Shown: positions 9,195-19,516, counted from the stretch's first letter. The stretch is DNA of 33,015 nucleotides from an uncultured Atopobium sp. (GCA_916048235.1 CAJZGX010000001.1:1-33015), one strand, 5' to 3'. Numbers and translations: made by a program. The notes: generated by a model from the letters alone, not told the origin.

Positions 9195-10631
9195 ATGGTT
9201 AAGCTTTCGGTTGAACAGATAGTCGCAGCTACAAATGCACGACTGCTCCACCGCGGAACCCGCGAGGTTGCGGGCGCGGCTGTCATCGACTCTCGCGAGG
9301 TCCAGGAAGGCTCACTCTTCGTGGCCTTCGCTGGCGAGAAGGTCAATGGAAACTCCTATCTCTTATCTGCTGCTCAGGCGGGCGCTGCTGTTGTAGTGGC
9401 ATCTGAGCCTGTAGCAGACAATCTGCTCGACAACCTGGCCGCCACAGGAGTCAGCGTTCTTGAAGCCGCTGACGATGACTGTGAGGCGTTTCTGCTGGCT
9501 CTTGCCGCTGCTTGGCGAGAAGCCCATCCATACTGGCTGGTTGTGGGTGTAACCGGATCAGTTGGTAAAACTACTACCAAAGAAATGCTTCGTCGCGGCA
9601 TAGGCGCCACTCGTCGTGTGCACGCAACCGCTGGCAATCATAACAACCTTATTGGCCTGCCACTTACGGTACTTTCTACTCCAGAGGATACCGAGGTACT
9701 TGTGCTTGAGCTGGGCATGAATCATGCCGGCGAGATTACCAGGCTCACCTCGGTTGCCTGTCCAACGGTGGCGGTCATTACCAACGTTGGTACCAGCCAC
9801 ATTGGTCTTCTCGGCAGCAGAGAAAACATTGCGCGCGCCAAGGCAGAGATTGTATCGGGCATGCGCGCATTTGACTCAATTGAACCTACGCTTATTCAGG
9901 CTTCGGCGGGGGACTACACCAAGTTCATTGCAGATGAGTTTGCTCGCCCTGCTCACGTTGTTTGCAAGACAGTAGGCGCCACAGAAGCTGACGTCATGAG
10001 CGCGCAGCAGGTCACTCTTGACGAGGAGGGCCTTCCAACTGCCACTATTGTTGCTGCATCCGGCTGGTCACGCACGGTAACCCTTGAGGTACCTGGGCGC
10101 GTTGTTGTCGACGACCTTCTTTTGGCACTTGAGGCTATAGAGACGCTTGGTCTTGATCTTGACGCTGCTGCAGAGGCTATTGAGCAGATGCCTGCCACTC
10201 GTATGCGTCTTTCGGTACTTGACGCAACCTGCGGCGCCAAGATTATTGACGATTCTTACAATGCAAGCCCTAACTCAACAGCTGCAGCCCTTGACGTGTT
10301 GATGCAGATGCCAGCGGAAGGTCGCCGCATTGCTCTTATTGGAGAGATTGGCGAGCTTGGACCAGAGGAGAAGCGTCTCCACGGTTATGTTGGTGCCTAT
10401 ATTGCTGCTAAGAACCCAGATCTTGTTGCATTTGTAGGCACAGGAGCCGCGCGTGAAATGGTTGAAGCTGCGCGCGTTATGGGCTTCTCGGAAGATAAAA
10501 TTGAACAGTTCAGCGATGTCAACGAAGCACTTACCGTGCTCGGACCAGTACTTGCGCAAGGAGACGTTCTTCTCGCCAAGGCATCGAGGTCTGCCCAGCT
10601 TGATATTTTTGTAAAAGGAGTTACTGAGTAA
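9195..10631 (+). CDS. murF: UDP-MurNAc-tripeptide--D-Ala-D-Ala ligase
   Basis: GVTGSVGKTTTKE, GNHNNLIGLPLT, ELGMNHAGEI, DDSYNASP and KASR; SD AGGAG. Confidence 0.96.
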   Translation: MVKLSVEQIVAATNARLLHRGTREVAGAAVIDSREVQEGSLFVAFAGEKVNGNSYLLSAAQAGAAVVVASEPVADNLLDNLAATGVSVLEAADDDCEAFLLALAAAWREAHPYWLVVGVTGSVGKTTTKEMLRRGIGATRRVHATAGNHNNLIGLPLTVLSTPEDTEVLVLELGMNHAGEITRLTSVACPTVAVITNVGTSHIGLLGSRENIARAKAEIVSGMRAFDSIEPTLIQASAGDYTKFIADEFARPAHVVCKTVGATEADVMSAQQVTLDEEGLPTATIVAASGWSRTVTLEVPGRVVVDDLLLALEAIETLGLDLDAAAEAIEQMPATRMRLSVLDATCGAKIIDDSYNASPNSTAAALDVLMQMPAEGRRIALIGEIGELGPEEKRLHGYVGAYIAAKNPDLVAFVGTGAAREMVEAARVMGFSEDKIEQFSDVNEALTVLGPVLAQGDVLLAKASRSAQLDIFVKGVTE

Positions 10632-11662
10632 TGTTTTTCCAGACTATTTACCCAACATACCAGGTGTTTGTGGCGCTTGGTGTCTCCTGCATCATCACGT
10701 TGATTTTAATGCCACTCTTTATCAAACTGATGAAGAAAGAGGGAGTGGGTCAGCAGGTTCGTGCTGACGGCCCTCAGCAACACCTGGTCAAGCAGGGTAC
10801 TCCTACTATGGGCGGCGTCGTCATGCTGGTAAGCATTGTGCTGACCTGTATTGCACTTGCTCAGTGGAACACCGACCTCATTCTTGCTATGGCAGCTATG
10901 CTGCTTACAGGCTCGCTTGGTCTTTTGGACGATATCGAGTCTGTTGCTCATGGTAGAAGCCTTGGCCTTACCGCATCTCAGAAGATGGCTGGACTTATTA
11001 CCATTTCTGTGGCATTTTGCCTGGCAGCAGTCAATATTTGGGGCATTACTCCTATTATTGCGTTCCCCGGTGGCCTTGATATCAACCTGGGCATCCTCAC
11101 TACTACCGTCAATTTAGGCGGAAACATTATTTCTATCCCTTGGCTGTATCTCTTCTTTGTTTTTTTGCTTATGGCTGGCCTTTCCAACGCCGTTAACCTG
11201 ACCGACGGCCTTGATGGCCTGGCTGGTGGCTGCGTTATGGTTGTCATGATTTTTATGGCTGCAGTAGCTTTCCGCTATGGCGAGAGTAGCCTTGCTGTTT
11301 TTGCCGCATCGATCGCAGGCGCTTGTATTGGTTTTTTGTGGTTTAACAGCTATCCTGCAAGCATTTTTATGGGAGACACCGGCTCTCTTGCCTGGGGCGC
11401 TGCCTTTGCAGCTTTGGCAGTCCTTACCAAGACAGAGGTAGTTTCCCTGGTCATGGGCGGTCTTTTTATCATCGAGGCACTGTCCGTTATCATTCAGGTT
11501 GTCAGCTACAAGGCAACTAAAAAGCGCGTATTCTTGATGGCTCCACTGCATCATCACTTTGAGAAACTTGGCTGGAACGAGACAAAAGTAGTCTTTAGAT
11601 TCTGGATTATTTCCGGCGCATTTGCTGCTCTGGGCTTTGCTTTGTACTTCCAGCTTCACTAA
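10631..11662 (+). CDS. mraY: Phospho-N-acetylmuramoyl-pentapeptide transferase
   Basis: KQGTPTMGG, GLLDD, NAVNLTDGLDGL, FMGDTGS and MAPLHHHFE; multi-TM. TAATG overlap with murF. Confidence 0.98.
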   Translation: MFFQTIYPTYQVFVALGVSCIITLILMPLFIKLMKKEGVGQQVRADGPQQHLVKQGTPTMGGVVMLVSIVLTCIALAQWNTDLILAMAAMLLTGSLGLLDDIESVAHGRSLGLTASQKMAGLITISVAFCLAAVNIWGITPIIAFPGGLDINLGILTTTVNLGGNIISIPWLYLFFVFLLMAGLSNAVNLTDGLDGLAGGCVMVVMIFMAAVAFRYGESSLAVFAASIAGACIGFLWFNSYPASIFMGDTGSLAWGAAFAALAVLTKTEVVSLVMGGLFIIEALSVIIQVVSYKATKKRVFLMAPLHHHFEKLGWNETKVVFRFWIISGAFAALGFALYFQLH

Positions 11663-11691
11663 AGATATTGCTCTTAGAAAGGATCGATTGC

Positions 11692-13095
11692 GTGTCGCTT
11701 CTAGAAACACTTGGAAATGTATGCGTTCTTGGTTTTGGTAAGACCGGCGTCTCTGTCTGCACGTATTTGCTGCAGCAGCCAGAGGGTCGTGTGTCTTCCG
11801 TAACTCTTGTGGGCGGCGCAGATGCTACTGTTGGCGAGAAGGTCCAAGAGCTTGCAGACTCAGGCGTACAGGTACAATGCGGCTCCGATCAGGTTAAGGG
11901 TACCTTTGACCTGGCTATTGCATCTCCTGGTATTCCAGACACCTCTGAGCTGTTCTTGAGTGCAAAGGCAGCTTCTAAGCAGATTATGGGCGAGCCAGAG
12001 TTTGCCTATCAAGAGAGTCCTTCACAGTGGATTGGTATAACCGGCACAAACGGTAAAACTACTACCACAAGTTTGACCACGTCAATCCTGCAGTATGCAG
12101 GTCTTGATGCAAGCGCTGTTGGCAATATTGGTCTTACTATTACTGACCAACTTGCAGAGAGAAAGCCTAAGAGCTGGTTTGTAGCAGAGCTTTCAAGCTT
12201 CCAGCTTGCTACTACTCAAAAATTGCATCCTCACGTTGCGATGCTTTTAAACATTACGCCGGATCACCTTGAGTGGCATGGTTCACTCGAGGCGTATGCA
12301 GCAGCTAAAGAGAAGATTTTTGCCAACCTTGATGCAAATGACCTGGCAATTGTCTCTGACTTGGATGAGTTTTGCCAAGACGTGTCTTCTCGCCTTGAGG
12401 CACGCGGCATTACCGTATGCCATCTTGCTCAGACAGATCCCGGTACGCAAAACGCCGCCTTTGTACGCAATGGAGCGCTGGTTGTAAGGCTATCTGGTAA
12501 AGAGATGGAGCTTGTAGCAGCTGATGCACTCCACATTAGGGGAGCACACAATGCACTCAACGCTCTTGCTGCAGCTGCATGTGGCTTATTCTTGGGACTT
12601 GATATTGTTTCTATTAGGCATGCCCTGTTGGACTTTATGCCGCTTGAGCACAGAATTGAGCCAGTTGATACGGTTAATGGTGTTTTGTACGTTAACGATT
12701 CCAAAGCAACAAACACTGATTCAGTTGAAAAATCATTAACTTCGTTCCCAGGTAAAGACGTTATTTTGCTACTTGGCGGTCACGATAAGGGCACAGAGCT
12801 TGATGAATTTGCTCAGAAGGTGTCCGCTACCTGTGCATACGCAATCTGCTTTGGAGAGGCTGGTCCTCGCTTTGCAGAGGCGCTTCACCGCGTTTCTGGC
12901 GGCCATGCAGAAGTGGTAGAAGAGCCTCATATGCATGAAGCTTTTGACCGTGCGGTAGAGCTTGCTCGTCCAGGTTCTGTAGTGCTTCTCTCACCAGCAT
13001 GTTCTTCATTTGACGAGTTCACAGGCATGGCTCAGCGTGGTCGTGTCTTTAAACAGCTGGTGGCAGATCTTGCTCAAAAAGAGAGCGGTCGATAA
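11692..13095 (+). CDS. murD: UDP-MurNAc-L-Ala--D-Glu ligase
   Basis: GTG start at 11692 after AAAGGA. GITGTNGKTTT, AELSSFQL, LNITPDHL, LEHRIE, NDSKATN and LLSPACSSFD. Confidence 0.96.
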   Translation: MSLLETLGNVCVLGFGKTGVSVCTYLLQQPEGRVSSVTLVGGADATVGEKVQELADSGVQVQCGSDQVKGTFDLAIASPGIPDTSELFLSAKAASKQIMGEPEFAYQESPSQWIGITGTNGKTTTTSLTTSILQYAGLDASAVGNIGLTITDQLAERKPKSWFVAELSSFQLATTQKLHPHVAMLLNITPDHLEWHGSLEAYAAAKEKIFANLDANDLAIVSDLDEFCQDVSSRLEARGITVCHLAQTDPGTQNAAFVRNGALVVRLSGKEMELVAADALHIRGAHNALNALAAAACGLFLGLDIVSIRHALLDFMPLEHRIEPVDTVNGVLYVNDSKATNTDSVEKSLTSFPGKDVILLLGGHDKGTELDEFAQKVSATCAYAICFGEAGPRFAEALHRVSGGHAEVVEEPHMHEAFDRAVELARPGSVVLLSPACSSFDEFTGMAQRGRVFKQLVADLAQKESGR

Positions 13096-14624
13096 TGGCT
13101 ACCAGCAGAAATAGAACAGGGGAGCGCGCGCAGCAACCACGTACTTCTCGCCAGAAATCTTCCGAGGGCTCGCAGGCTAAAGGCCGCTTTGGTGCTATTC
13201 CAGAGCGTTTTATGCAGCCTCGTCTGGTGCTTCTGGTGTCAACAGCTATTCTGGTGTGCTTTGGCCTGGTAATGATTTATTCCGCATCCTCGATTTCTGC
13301 AATGACTTCTGAGGACATGGGCTATAACCCCTTCTACTACGTGCAGCGTCAGCTTGGCTTTGCTGCGGCAGGAGTTGTGTTAGCGTTTATTGTTTCTCGC
13401 ATTGACTACCGCGCAGTAGTAAGAAGCTTCCAGGTACCTATATGGGTTGTGACCATTGGAATGCTGGCAATTATTTTTACTCCTATTGCTGGCGCTGATG
13501 CATATGGCGCAACCCGTTGGATTTCAATTGGACCGTTTTCTTTCCAGCCGTCTGAGTTTGCAAAGATCACCATCTTAATTTCTGTCTCGTACCTGGCTCA
13601 GCAGTACTTTATTGACCAGACCATAGATCAGATGGAGTTCTTTAAAAAGTTTGCTATTGCTGCGCTTGCGCCACTGCTTCTTATTTTGGCCCAGCCAGAC
13701 AAGGGCTCCACACTGATTATTGTGGGAACACTTTTGGTCATTGGCTACCTTGCCGATGTTGACCGAAGGGTTCTGGCAACTATTGCTGTTGCTGGTTTTA
13801 TTGGCTTTGCCTTCTTATCTCTTAAAGATGATTATTCTCGTGCTCGCGTTGTGACTATGCTCAACCCTTGGGCCGATTATTACGGTGCAGGTTATCAGCT
13901 TGCTCAGGGCTTTTATGCCTTTGGCTCTGGCGGTATTTTTGGCGTTGGCTTTGGTTTTTCTCGCCAGAAATATTCCTATCTTCCTATGGCTCACAATGAC
14001 TTTATTTTTGCGGTTATTGGAGAAGAGCTGGGCTTTATTGGCGTTTTGGGTCTTTTGGCTGTATTTGGCGCCCTGGTATGGGCAGGCTTTAAGATTGCTC
14101 GTTATGCACCAGATTTGACCGGTAGGCTTATTGCTGCAGGTTGTACCTCTATGTTTATCATCCAGGCCTTTGTTAACATCGGTGGTGTTTTGGGCCTTTT
14201 GCCTCTTTCTGGTAAGCCTCTGCCGTTTATCTCATACGGCGGTTCAACCATCATGTCTAGTATCTTGATGGTTGGTCTTTTGATGTCTGTTTCAAGACAG
14301 TCAAGGCTTCCAGAAACCGAGTACGATAGGCAACGCGCTTCTTGGAGCATAGCTGAAGAGCAGGATACCTTTGATGCTCCAGGTTTTGCTGGTCTTACCA
14401 TGGTTGATGGTGGGGTAGGAGTAGGCATGCCACTCCCACGTTCTTCTCGCCCTAAGAGCAGTGCACAAAGCTCCGCGCGCCCATCACGAGGCGTTTTGCG
14501 CTCAAGAGATGACGACGCCCCTCAAGGCCGTATTACGACAGACGCCTCCGGAAGGCGCAGAATTGATTTGGGACCTTCTGCATCGGACAGGCTTCGTGGA
14601 AACAACGCCAGGCCTCGCCGATAG
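13095..14624 (+). CDS. ftsW: SEDS peptidoglycan polymerase FtsW
   Basis: GLVMIYSAS, GATRWI, FQPSEFAK, QPDKG, AHNDFIFAVIGEELG and PLPFISYGGS. Sits between murD and murG. Confidence 0.95.
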   Translation: MATSRNRTGERAQQPRTSRQKSSEGSQAKGRFGAIPERFMQPRLVLLVSTAILVCFGLVMIYSASSISAMTSEDMGYNPFYYVQRQLGFAAAGVVLAFIVSRIDYRAVVRSFQVPIWVVTIGMLAIIFTPIAGADAYGATRWISIGPFSFQPSEFAKITILISVSYLAQQYFIDQTIDQMEFFKKFAIAALAPLLLILAQPDKGSTLIIVGTLLVIGYLADVDRRVLATIAVAGFIGFAFLSLKDDYSRARVVTMLNPWADYYGAGYQLAQGFYAFGSGGIFGVGFGFSRQKYSYLPMAHNDFIFAVIGEELGFIGVLGLLAVFGALVWAGFKIARYAPDLTGRLIAAGCTSMFIIQAFVNIGGVLGLLPLSGKPLPFISYGGSTIMSSILMVGLLMSVSRQSRLPETEYDRQRASWSIAEEQDTFDAPGFAGLTMVDGGVGVGMPLPRSSRPKSSAQSSARPSRGVLRSRDDDAPQGRITTDASGRRRIDLGPSASDRLRGNNARPRR

Positions 14625-14647
14625 CTGATTTCTAGGAGATGGATTGC

Positions 14648-15781
14648 ATGGCAGAACAGAAGAAACTCTCTGTTGCAATTGCTGCAGGTGGAACCGCTGG
14701 TCACATTAACCCAGCTCTGGCTCTAGCTGAGGAGCTTCGTGAGCGCGGCCACCAGGTTACGTTTTACGGTCAGCCCAACAAGCTTGAAGGTACGCTGGTA
14801 CCTGAGGCAGGATTTGAGCTGGTGCCTATCCATGTAAATGGCTTTGACCGCAGACGTCCTTGGACGCTCATCAGCGCGGCATACAATCTTGAGCGCGCAA
14901 AGATGCAGCTGCACAAGCGCTTCAAAGAGCAGGGTGCACCTGATGTTGCTATTGGTTTTGGCGCCTATGTTGAGCTTCCTTTGCTTCAACTTTGCGCAAA
15001 GCTACACATCCCCTATTTGATTCACGAGCAGAACTCAGTAACTGGTCTTGCTAACCGTGTATCTGCTGGTAAAGCAGATAAGGTGTGCATTGCGTTCCCA
15101 GAGGCTCGTAAGGCTTTTGAGGGCCACGTAAAGGCTCAAGACACCATTGTGGTTACCGGCAATCCTGTACGTAAGAGTGTTCTTTCTGCTGACAGAGTCG
15201 CCTCGAGGCAAGAGTTGGGTATTGCAGACAACCAGACATTGCTGCTTATCTTTGGTGGTAGCTTGGGCGCTCGTAGTATCAACGAGACGTTTGCTGCGCT
15301 TAAGCAGGAGCTTCTTGCCCGTCCTAACCTTCGCATCATTCAGTCAACAGGCCAGAAGCTCTACGACGAAGTTGTCTCGCTCATGAAGCTTTCTGACGAG
15401 GAGGCTGCTCGCTGGGAGGTTAAACCCTACATCTCCAACATGGGTGCCACCCTTGCTGCGGCTGACCTGGTGGTTTCTCGCTCTGGAGCATCATCTGTAG
15501 CCGAGATTGCAGCGCTTGAGCTCCCCAGCATTTTGGTTCCGTACCCTCTGGCAACAGCAGATCACCAGACTACTAACGCGCATTTGTTGTCGGACGCGGG
15601 AGCAGCTATTCTGGTGCCAGATAACCAGGTGGGCACCACGACCTTCTCGACCGCTTTGTTTGAGCTGGTAGATAACGCGGACCAGCGCAAAAAGCTCTCC
15701 GAGGCAGCCGCTACACTTGACCAGCGCAGCGCCGCATCTCTTGTGGCTGACGCTGTGGAAAGTGCCGTTTGTGGCGCATAA
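14648..15781 (+). CDS. murG: Lipid I N-acetylglucosamine transferase MurG
   Basis: GGTAGHINP, HEQN, TGNPVR, FGGSLGA, RSGASS and DHQTTNA. Start placed at ATG 14648 (AGGAG 9 nt upstream). Confidence 0.97.
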   Translation: MAEQKKLSVAIAAGGTAGHINPALALAEELRERGHQVTFYGQPNKLEGTLVPEAGFELVPIHVNGFDRRRPWTLISAAYNLERAKMQLHKRFKEQGAPDVAIGFGAYVELPLLQLCAKLHIPYLIHEQNSVTGLANRVSAGKADKVCIAFPEARKAFEGHVKAQDTIVVTGNPVRKSVLSADRVASRQELGIADNQTLLLIFGGSLGARSINETFAALKQELLARPNLRIIQSTGQKLYDEVVSLMKLSDEEAARWEVKPYISNMGATLAAADLVVSRSGASSVAEIAALELPSILVPYPLATADHQTTNAHLLSDAGAAILVPDNQVGTTTFSTALFELVDNADQRKKLSEAAATLDQRSAASLVADAVESAVCGA

Positions 15782-15862
15782 AACATTCGGTTTTGCGTTA
15801 GAGTAAACATGTCTTGGTATGTCCAAGGCTCAAACGATAACAATACTTGGAAAGGCTCTCTT

Positions 15863-17278
15863 ATGGCAGATTCCATGGGCGAGAAGACCATCTCGCGTGC
15901 ACATTTTATTGGAATTGGTGGCGCAGGTATGAGCGGAATTGCGCTTGTTCTGCACGAGCGCGGCTGCACCGTTACCGGCTCCGATCTAAAGAGCTCGCAT
16001 TATGTTAGAGAGCTTGAAGATGCAGGTATTCAGGTAAGCATCGGTCACACCGCAGCCACTATTGACGCTGTGATGCCTGATGTCATTGTTACCTCAACCG
16101 CAATCCCAGAGACAAATCCAGAGGTCATTCGCGCACGTGAGCTTTCCATTCCTATTTGGCCTCGCGCAAAGATGCTCTCGTATTTGTCGCGCGGCCGCAA
16201 GACCATTGCTGTTGCGGGCACTCACGGTAAGACCACCACGTCTTCTATGGTTGCTACCATGCTGGACAAGCTTGGCGCTGATCCATCATTTTTGATTGGT
16301 GGCGTTGTCGAGGGCTACGACACCAACGGTAAAAACGGTAACGGCCAGTACTTTGTCTGCGAAGCGGACGAGTCTGACGGTTCGTTTATGTTCCTTAACC
16401 CTAACGTGGTTGTTGTCACCAATATTGAGGCAGACCACCTTGATCACTACGGCTCTCTCGAGAATATCGAGAAGACCTTCTGTGAGTTTATGAGCTTGCT
16501 TGATAAGGAAGAAACTGTTGTTATCAACGGCGATAATCCTCATTACGTTGAGCTTGCTCAGTCAACTGGTAGGCACGTAGTTACCTACGGCTTTGATTCA
16601 AGCTGCGATTTTGTTTGCACACAGGAGGAGAGAAAAGCTGGAATTGAGAATCCTCTTACCATCAAGACACCTTCTGGTCAGACTATCTCTGTGGTACTTC
16701 CAGCTAATCCTGGTAAGCACAATGTTGCAAACGCAACCGCTGCAATTGCCGTTGCTGATGCTCTTGGCTTTGACCTTGAGGAGGCCGCAGCAGCGCTTTC
16801 GCAGTTCAAGGGCGCGCGCCGTCGCTTTACACACGTAGGCGACATCAACGGTATTACCGTCGTAGACGATTACGGCCATCATCCAACCGAGATTGCAGCA
16901 ACCATGTCTGCAGCTCTTCCTCTTGGCTTCAAGCGCGTTGTTGTTGTTTTCCAGCCACATCGCTACAGCAGAACGCAGGACTTGGCGGATTCGTTTGCAC
17001 ACGCGTTTGATGGTATTGACGTTTTGCGCGTCATGGATGTCTTCTCAGCAGGTGAGCTGCCTATTCCAGGCGTCTCAGGCAAGACCGTCTCTTCAAGGGT
17101 TGAGGCTGCTCATACTGTTTCTGACGTGCGTTATATTCCTTCTCGCCGAGATCTTATCGCAGACCTCCTTGATACGGTTAAACCAGGAGATCTGCTGATT
17201 ACTCAGGGCGCAGGTGACGTCACTCAGATTGGACCAATGTTTATCCGCGCACTCAAAGAGCGTCTTCAGAACCACTAG
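15863..17278 (+). CDS. murC: UDP-MurNAc--L-Ala ligase
   Basis: HFIGIGGAGMSG, AGTHGKTTT, EADESD, DDYGHHPTEI and FQPHRYSR. Start at ATG 15863 after GGAAAGG. Confidence 0.97.
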   Translation: MADSMGEKTISRAHFIGIGGAGMSGIALVLHERGCTVTGSDLKSSHYVRELEDAGIQVSIGHTAATIDAVMPDVIVTSTAIPETNPEVIRARELSIPIWPRAKMLSYLSRGRKTIAVAGTHGKTTTSSMVATMLDKLGADPSFLIGGVVEGYDTNGKNGNGQYFVCEADESDGSFMFLNPNVVVVTNIEADHLDHYGSLENIEKTFCEFMSLLDKEETVVINGDNPHYVELAQSTGRHVVTYGFDSSCDFVCTQEERKAGIENPLTIKTPSGQTISVVLPANPGKHNVANATAAIAVADALGFDLEEAAAALSQFKGARRRFTHVGDINGITVVDDYGHHPTEIAATMSAALPLGFKRVVVVFQPHRYSRTQDLADSFAHAFDGIDVLRVMDVFSAGELPIPGVSGKTVSSRVEAAHTVSDVRYIPSRRDLIADLLDTVKPGDLLITQGAGDVTQIGPMFIRALKERLQNH

Positions 17279-17288
17279 GACCTCTGTC

Positions 17289-18203
17289 GTGAGCTTGTTT
17301 AACGCCTATGTAAGCCTTTCTGGGGCCCTTGATGCAACAATCAAGCAAGATGAGCCGCTGAGCCACCATACTTCCTTTAGGATTGGTGGTAAGGCGTCGC
17401 TTTTTGCTGCTGTTCACAGCCATGCGGCGTTGGTGCGTGTGCTTGAGGTGCTTGCAGCTAATCGAGTTGATTGGGTGCTTTTGGGCAAGGGTTCAAATAT
17501 TCTTGTCTCTGATAAGGGCTACAACGGCTGCGTTATTGTGCTCGACGATGAGCTTTCTACCATTTCAGTTGGCGAGAATAACCTCATTACTGCAGGTGCA
17601 GGTGCGCTTACGGCACGTGTTTGCAATGAGGCTATGAAAGCAGGTCTTTCTGGCCTTGAGATGTGTGCTGGTATCCCCGGAACTATCGGCGGCGCTCTTT
17701 CGATGAATGCAGGTACCAGGCATGATTGGATTGGCAAAGCCGTCCGTGATTGCGTGGTGCTAAAGCCTGGTAAGGGTCTTGTACGCTACGATGCCTCCGA
17801 GATTGAATGGGGTTATCGCTACACTACGTTTGCACCAGATGAGATCATTCTTGAGGCAACGTTTGCGCTGACAGCATCTAATCGTCCTAAAGTTGCCCTT
17901 GGTATGGATACGCTTTTGCAGCGCAGAAGAAATACGCAGCCAACTGGTCAGCTTTGCTGCGGTTCTGTTTTTAAGAACCCAGGAAGTAGGTCTGCTGGTG
18001 CACTTATTGAAGAGTGTGGTCTTAAGGGAGCTACTGAAGGTGGCGCACAGATTTCTGATATTCATGCCAACTTTATTGTGAATACCGGTAACGCCACCGC
18101 CTCAGATGTCATTGCGCTTATGCGCAAAGCACACGATGCGGTACAAGAAAAGTTTGACATTGATCTTCAGCCAGAGGTTAAACTTCTGGGTTTTGGGGCA
18201 TAG
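17289..18203 (+). CDS. murB: UDP-N-acetylmuramate dehydrogenase
   Basis: HTSFRIGG, GKGSN, GIPGTIGGALSMNAG, GSVFKNP, HANFIVN and LQPEV. GTG start at 17289 after AGGA. Confidence 0.96.
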   Translation: MSLFNAYVSLSGALDATIKQDEPLSHHTSFRIGGKASLFAAVHSHAALVRVLEVLAANRVDWVLLGKGSNILVSDKGYNGCVIVLDDELSTISVGENNLITAGAGALTARVCNEAMKAGLSGLEMCAGIPGTIGGALSMNAGTRHDWIGKAVRDCVVLKPGKGLVRYDASEIEWGYRYTTFAPDEIILEATFALTASNRPKVALGMDTLLQRRRNTQPTGQLCCGSVFKNPGSRSAGALIEECGLKGATEGGAQISDIHANFIVNTGNATASDVIALMRKAHDAVQEKFDIDLQPEVKLLGFGA

Positions 18204-18210
18204 GGAAGAT

Positions 18211-19269
18211 ATGGCAGAAGATACTTCAAAGCAAACAACGCGCCGTAAAGGCACAAAGAGGGAGCCTTTATCGTCTGGTGCTGCTCAGACGACAGGGGCA
18301 ACTAAGCCTTCTTTTATGAGCAAGGCCTTTAAGCCTAAGCCAAAGGTTGAGGCTACAGCTCCTGATGCCAAGCCCTCTGCTAAAAAGATTTCTGCCAAAA
18401 AGCCAAATAACGCTACAAAAACTGCAGCTCAAGCTCGTGCTGAGCGTATTAAACACAGCAGAAAGGTATCGTTTAAGGCAGTACGCACGGCCTTTATCGT
18501 TTTGCTTAGCCTTGCCCTTCTCGCTGGCATTGCTTTTCTCGTCCTACGTTCTTCCTCAGTCTTTGCTATTACCAACATTCAGGTAGAGCCAACAGAGCAC
18601 GTTACTAACGAGCAAATTCAAAAGCTCATTGCAGTAGAAGAGGGAACAACGCTGCTCAATATGGATGAATCCCTTATCACTGAGGAACTTCAGAAGGACC
18701 CTTGGGTAGCCTCTGCAACGTACGAGAGGCAGTTCCCCAATACGCTGCGCATCACCATCACAGAGCGCAAGGTCACAGCCATAGTGGCGCTTTCTTCTGG
18801 TCCTGTTGCATGGTATTTGGGCGAGAATAACGTCTGGCTTGAGGCAGATCAGCTTAACGTGCCAGAAGGAAAAACTACCGCTACCGTTGCGCTTGAGAAG
18901 GCAACCTCAGAAGGTGAGCTGCTTATCACCGATGTTCCTGCAACGGTTTCTCCGGTAGCGGGCACCACGGCAACAGACGCAGAAATTCAAGCGGTTATGC
19001 AGTATCAGTCCACGTTCTCGTCAGAGCTTACGTCACAGATTGTGAGTTACTCAGCTAGTAGCGTTGATGCGATTTCTGTCACGCTCACCAATGGTGTACA
19101 GGTTGCCTTAGGCTCTCCAACACAGATTGCAGACAAAGAAAAAGTGATTCTAGCAATGCTTAAGCAGTTCCCAGGAGAGCTTACCTACTTGAACGTAAGA
19201 ACACCTGCAAGTCCAACCTATAGGCGAGTTTCTACCGGAAATGTTCAGTCTGGCTCTGGTGTTTCGTAG
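18211..19269 (+). CDS. ftsQ: Cell division protein FtsQ/DivIB
   Basis: Lys-rich cytoplasmic N-terminus, single TM, POTRA motif (PWVASATYERQFPNTLRITITER). Directly upstream of ftsZ; ATG 18211 after AGGGAAG. Confidence 0.88.
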   Translation: MAEDTSKQTTRRKGTKREPLSSGAAQTTGATKPSFMSKAFKPKPKVEATAPDAKPSAKKISAKKPNNATKTAAQARAERIKHSRKVSFKAVRTAFIVLLSLALLAGIAFLVLRSSSVFAITNIQVEPTEHVTNEQIQKLIAVEEGTTLLNMDESLITEELQKDPWVASATYERQFPNTLRITITERKVTAIVALSSGPVAWYLGENNVWLEADQLNVPEGKTTATVALEKATSEGELLITDVPATVSPVAGTTATDAEIQAVMQYQSTFSSELTSQIVSYSASSVDAISVTLTNGVQVALGSPTQIADKEKVILAMLKQFPGELTYLNVRTPASPTYRRVSTGNVQSGSGVS

Positions 19270-19400
19270 GTAAACGCGCAAACCATATGTGCCGTTAGGG
19301 AATAGTTTCCTACCGTTTACCAGCTTTCTTCACAATTTCTACATATTATTTGACTTGTAAGGGTCAGTTGTGCAAATATACCCCGCTTTGCATGAAGCGT

Positions 19401-19425
19401 AAGCCTTAACTTGAGGTTTAGGGTT
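19401..19425. promoter_or_regulatory. 25-bp imperfect inverted repeat upstream of ftsZ (FtsR-site-like)
   Basis: AAGCCTTAAC-TTGAG-GTTTAGGGTT, arms 8/10 complementary, about 90 bp upstream of ftsZ. Confidence 0.55.
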
Positions 19426-19516
19426 TTATACAGCGGTTCTGCGAGCGCATAAACGTAGCCTAAGCGCAGTCGCGCTCCGGGACAAACGGGCACAAGCGTG
19501 CCTCAAGGAGGAAGAC

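Noticed and set aside
19331..19347. 9-mers CACAATTTC and CTACATATT shared between the ftsZ and mraZ upstream regions
   Set aside because: About 0.4 such matches are expected by chance per orientation for regions of this size (more if AT-rich), and their relative spacing differs.
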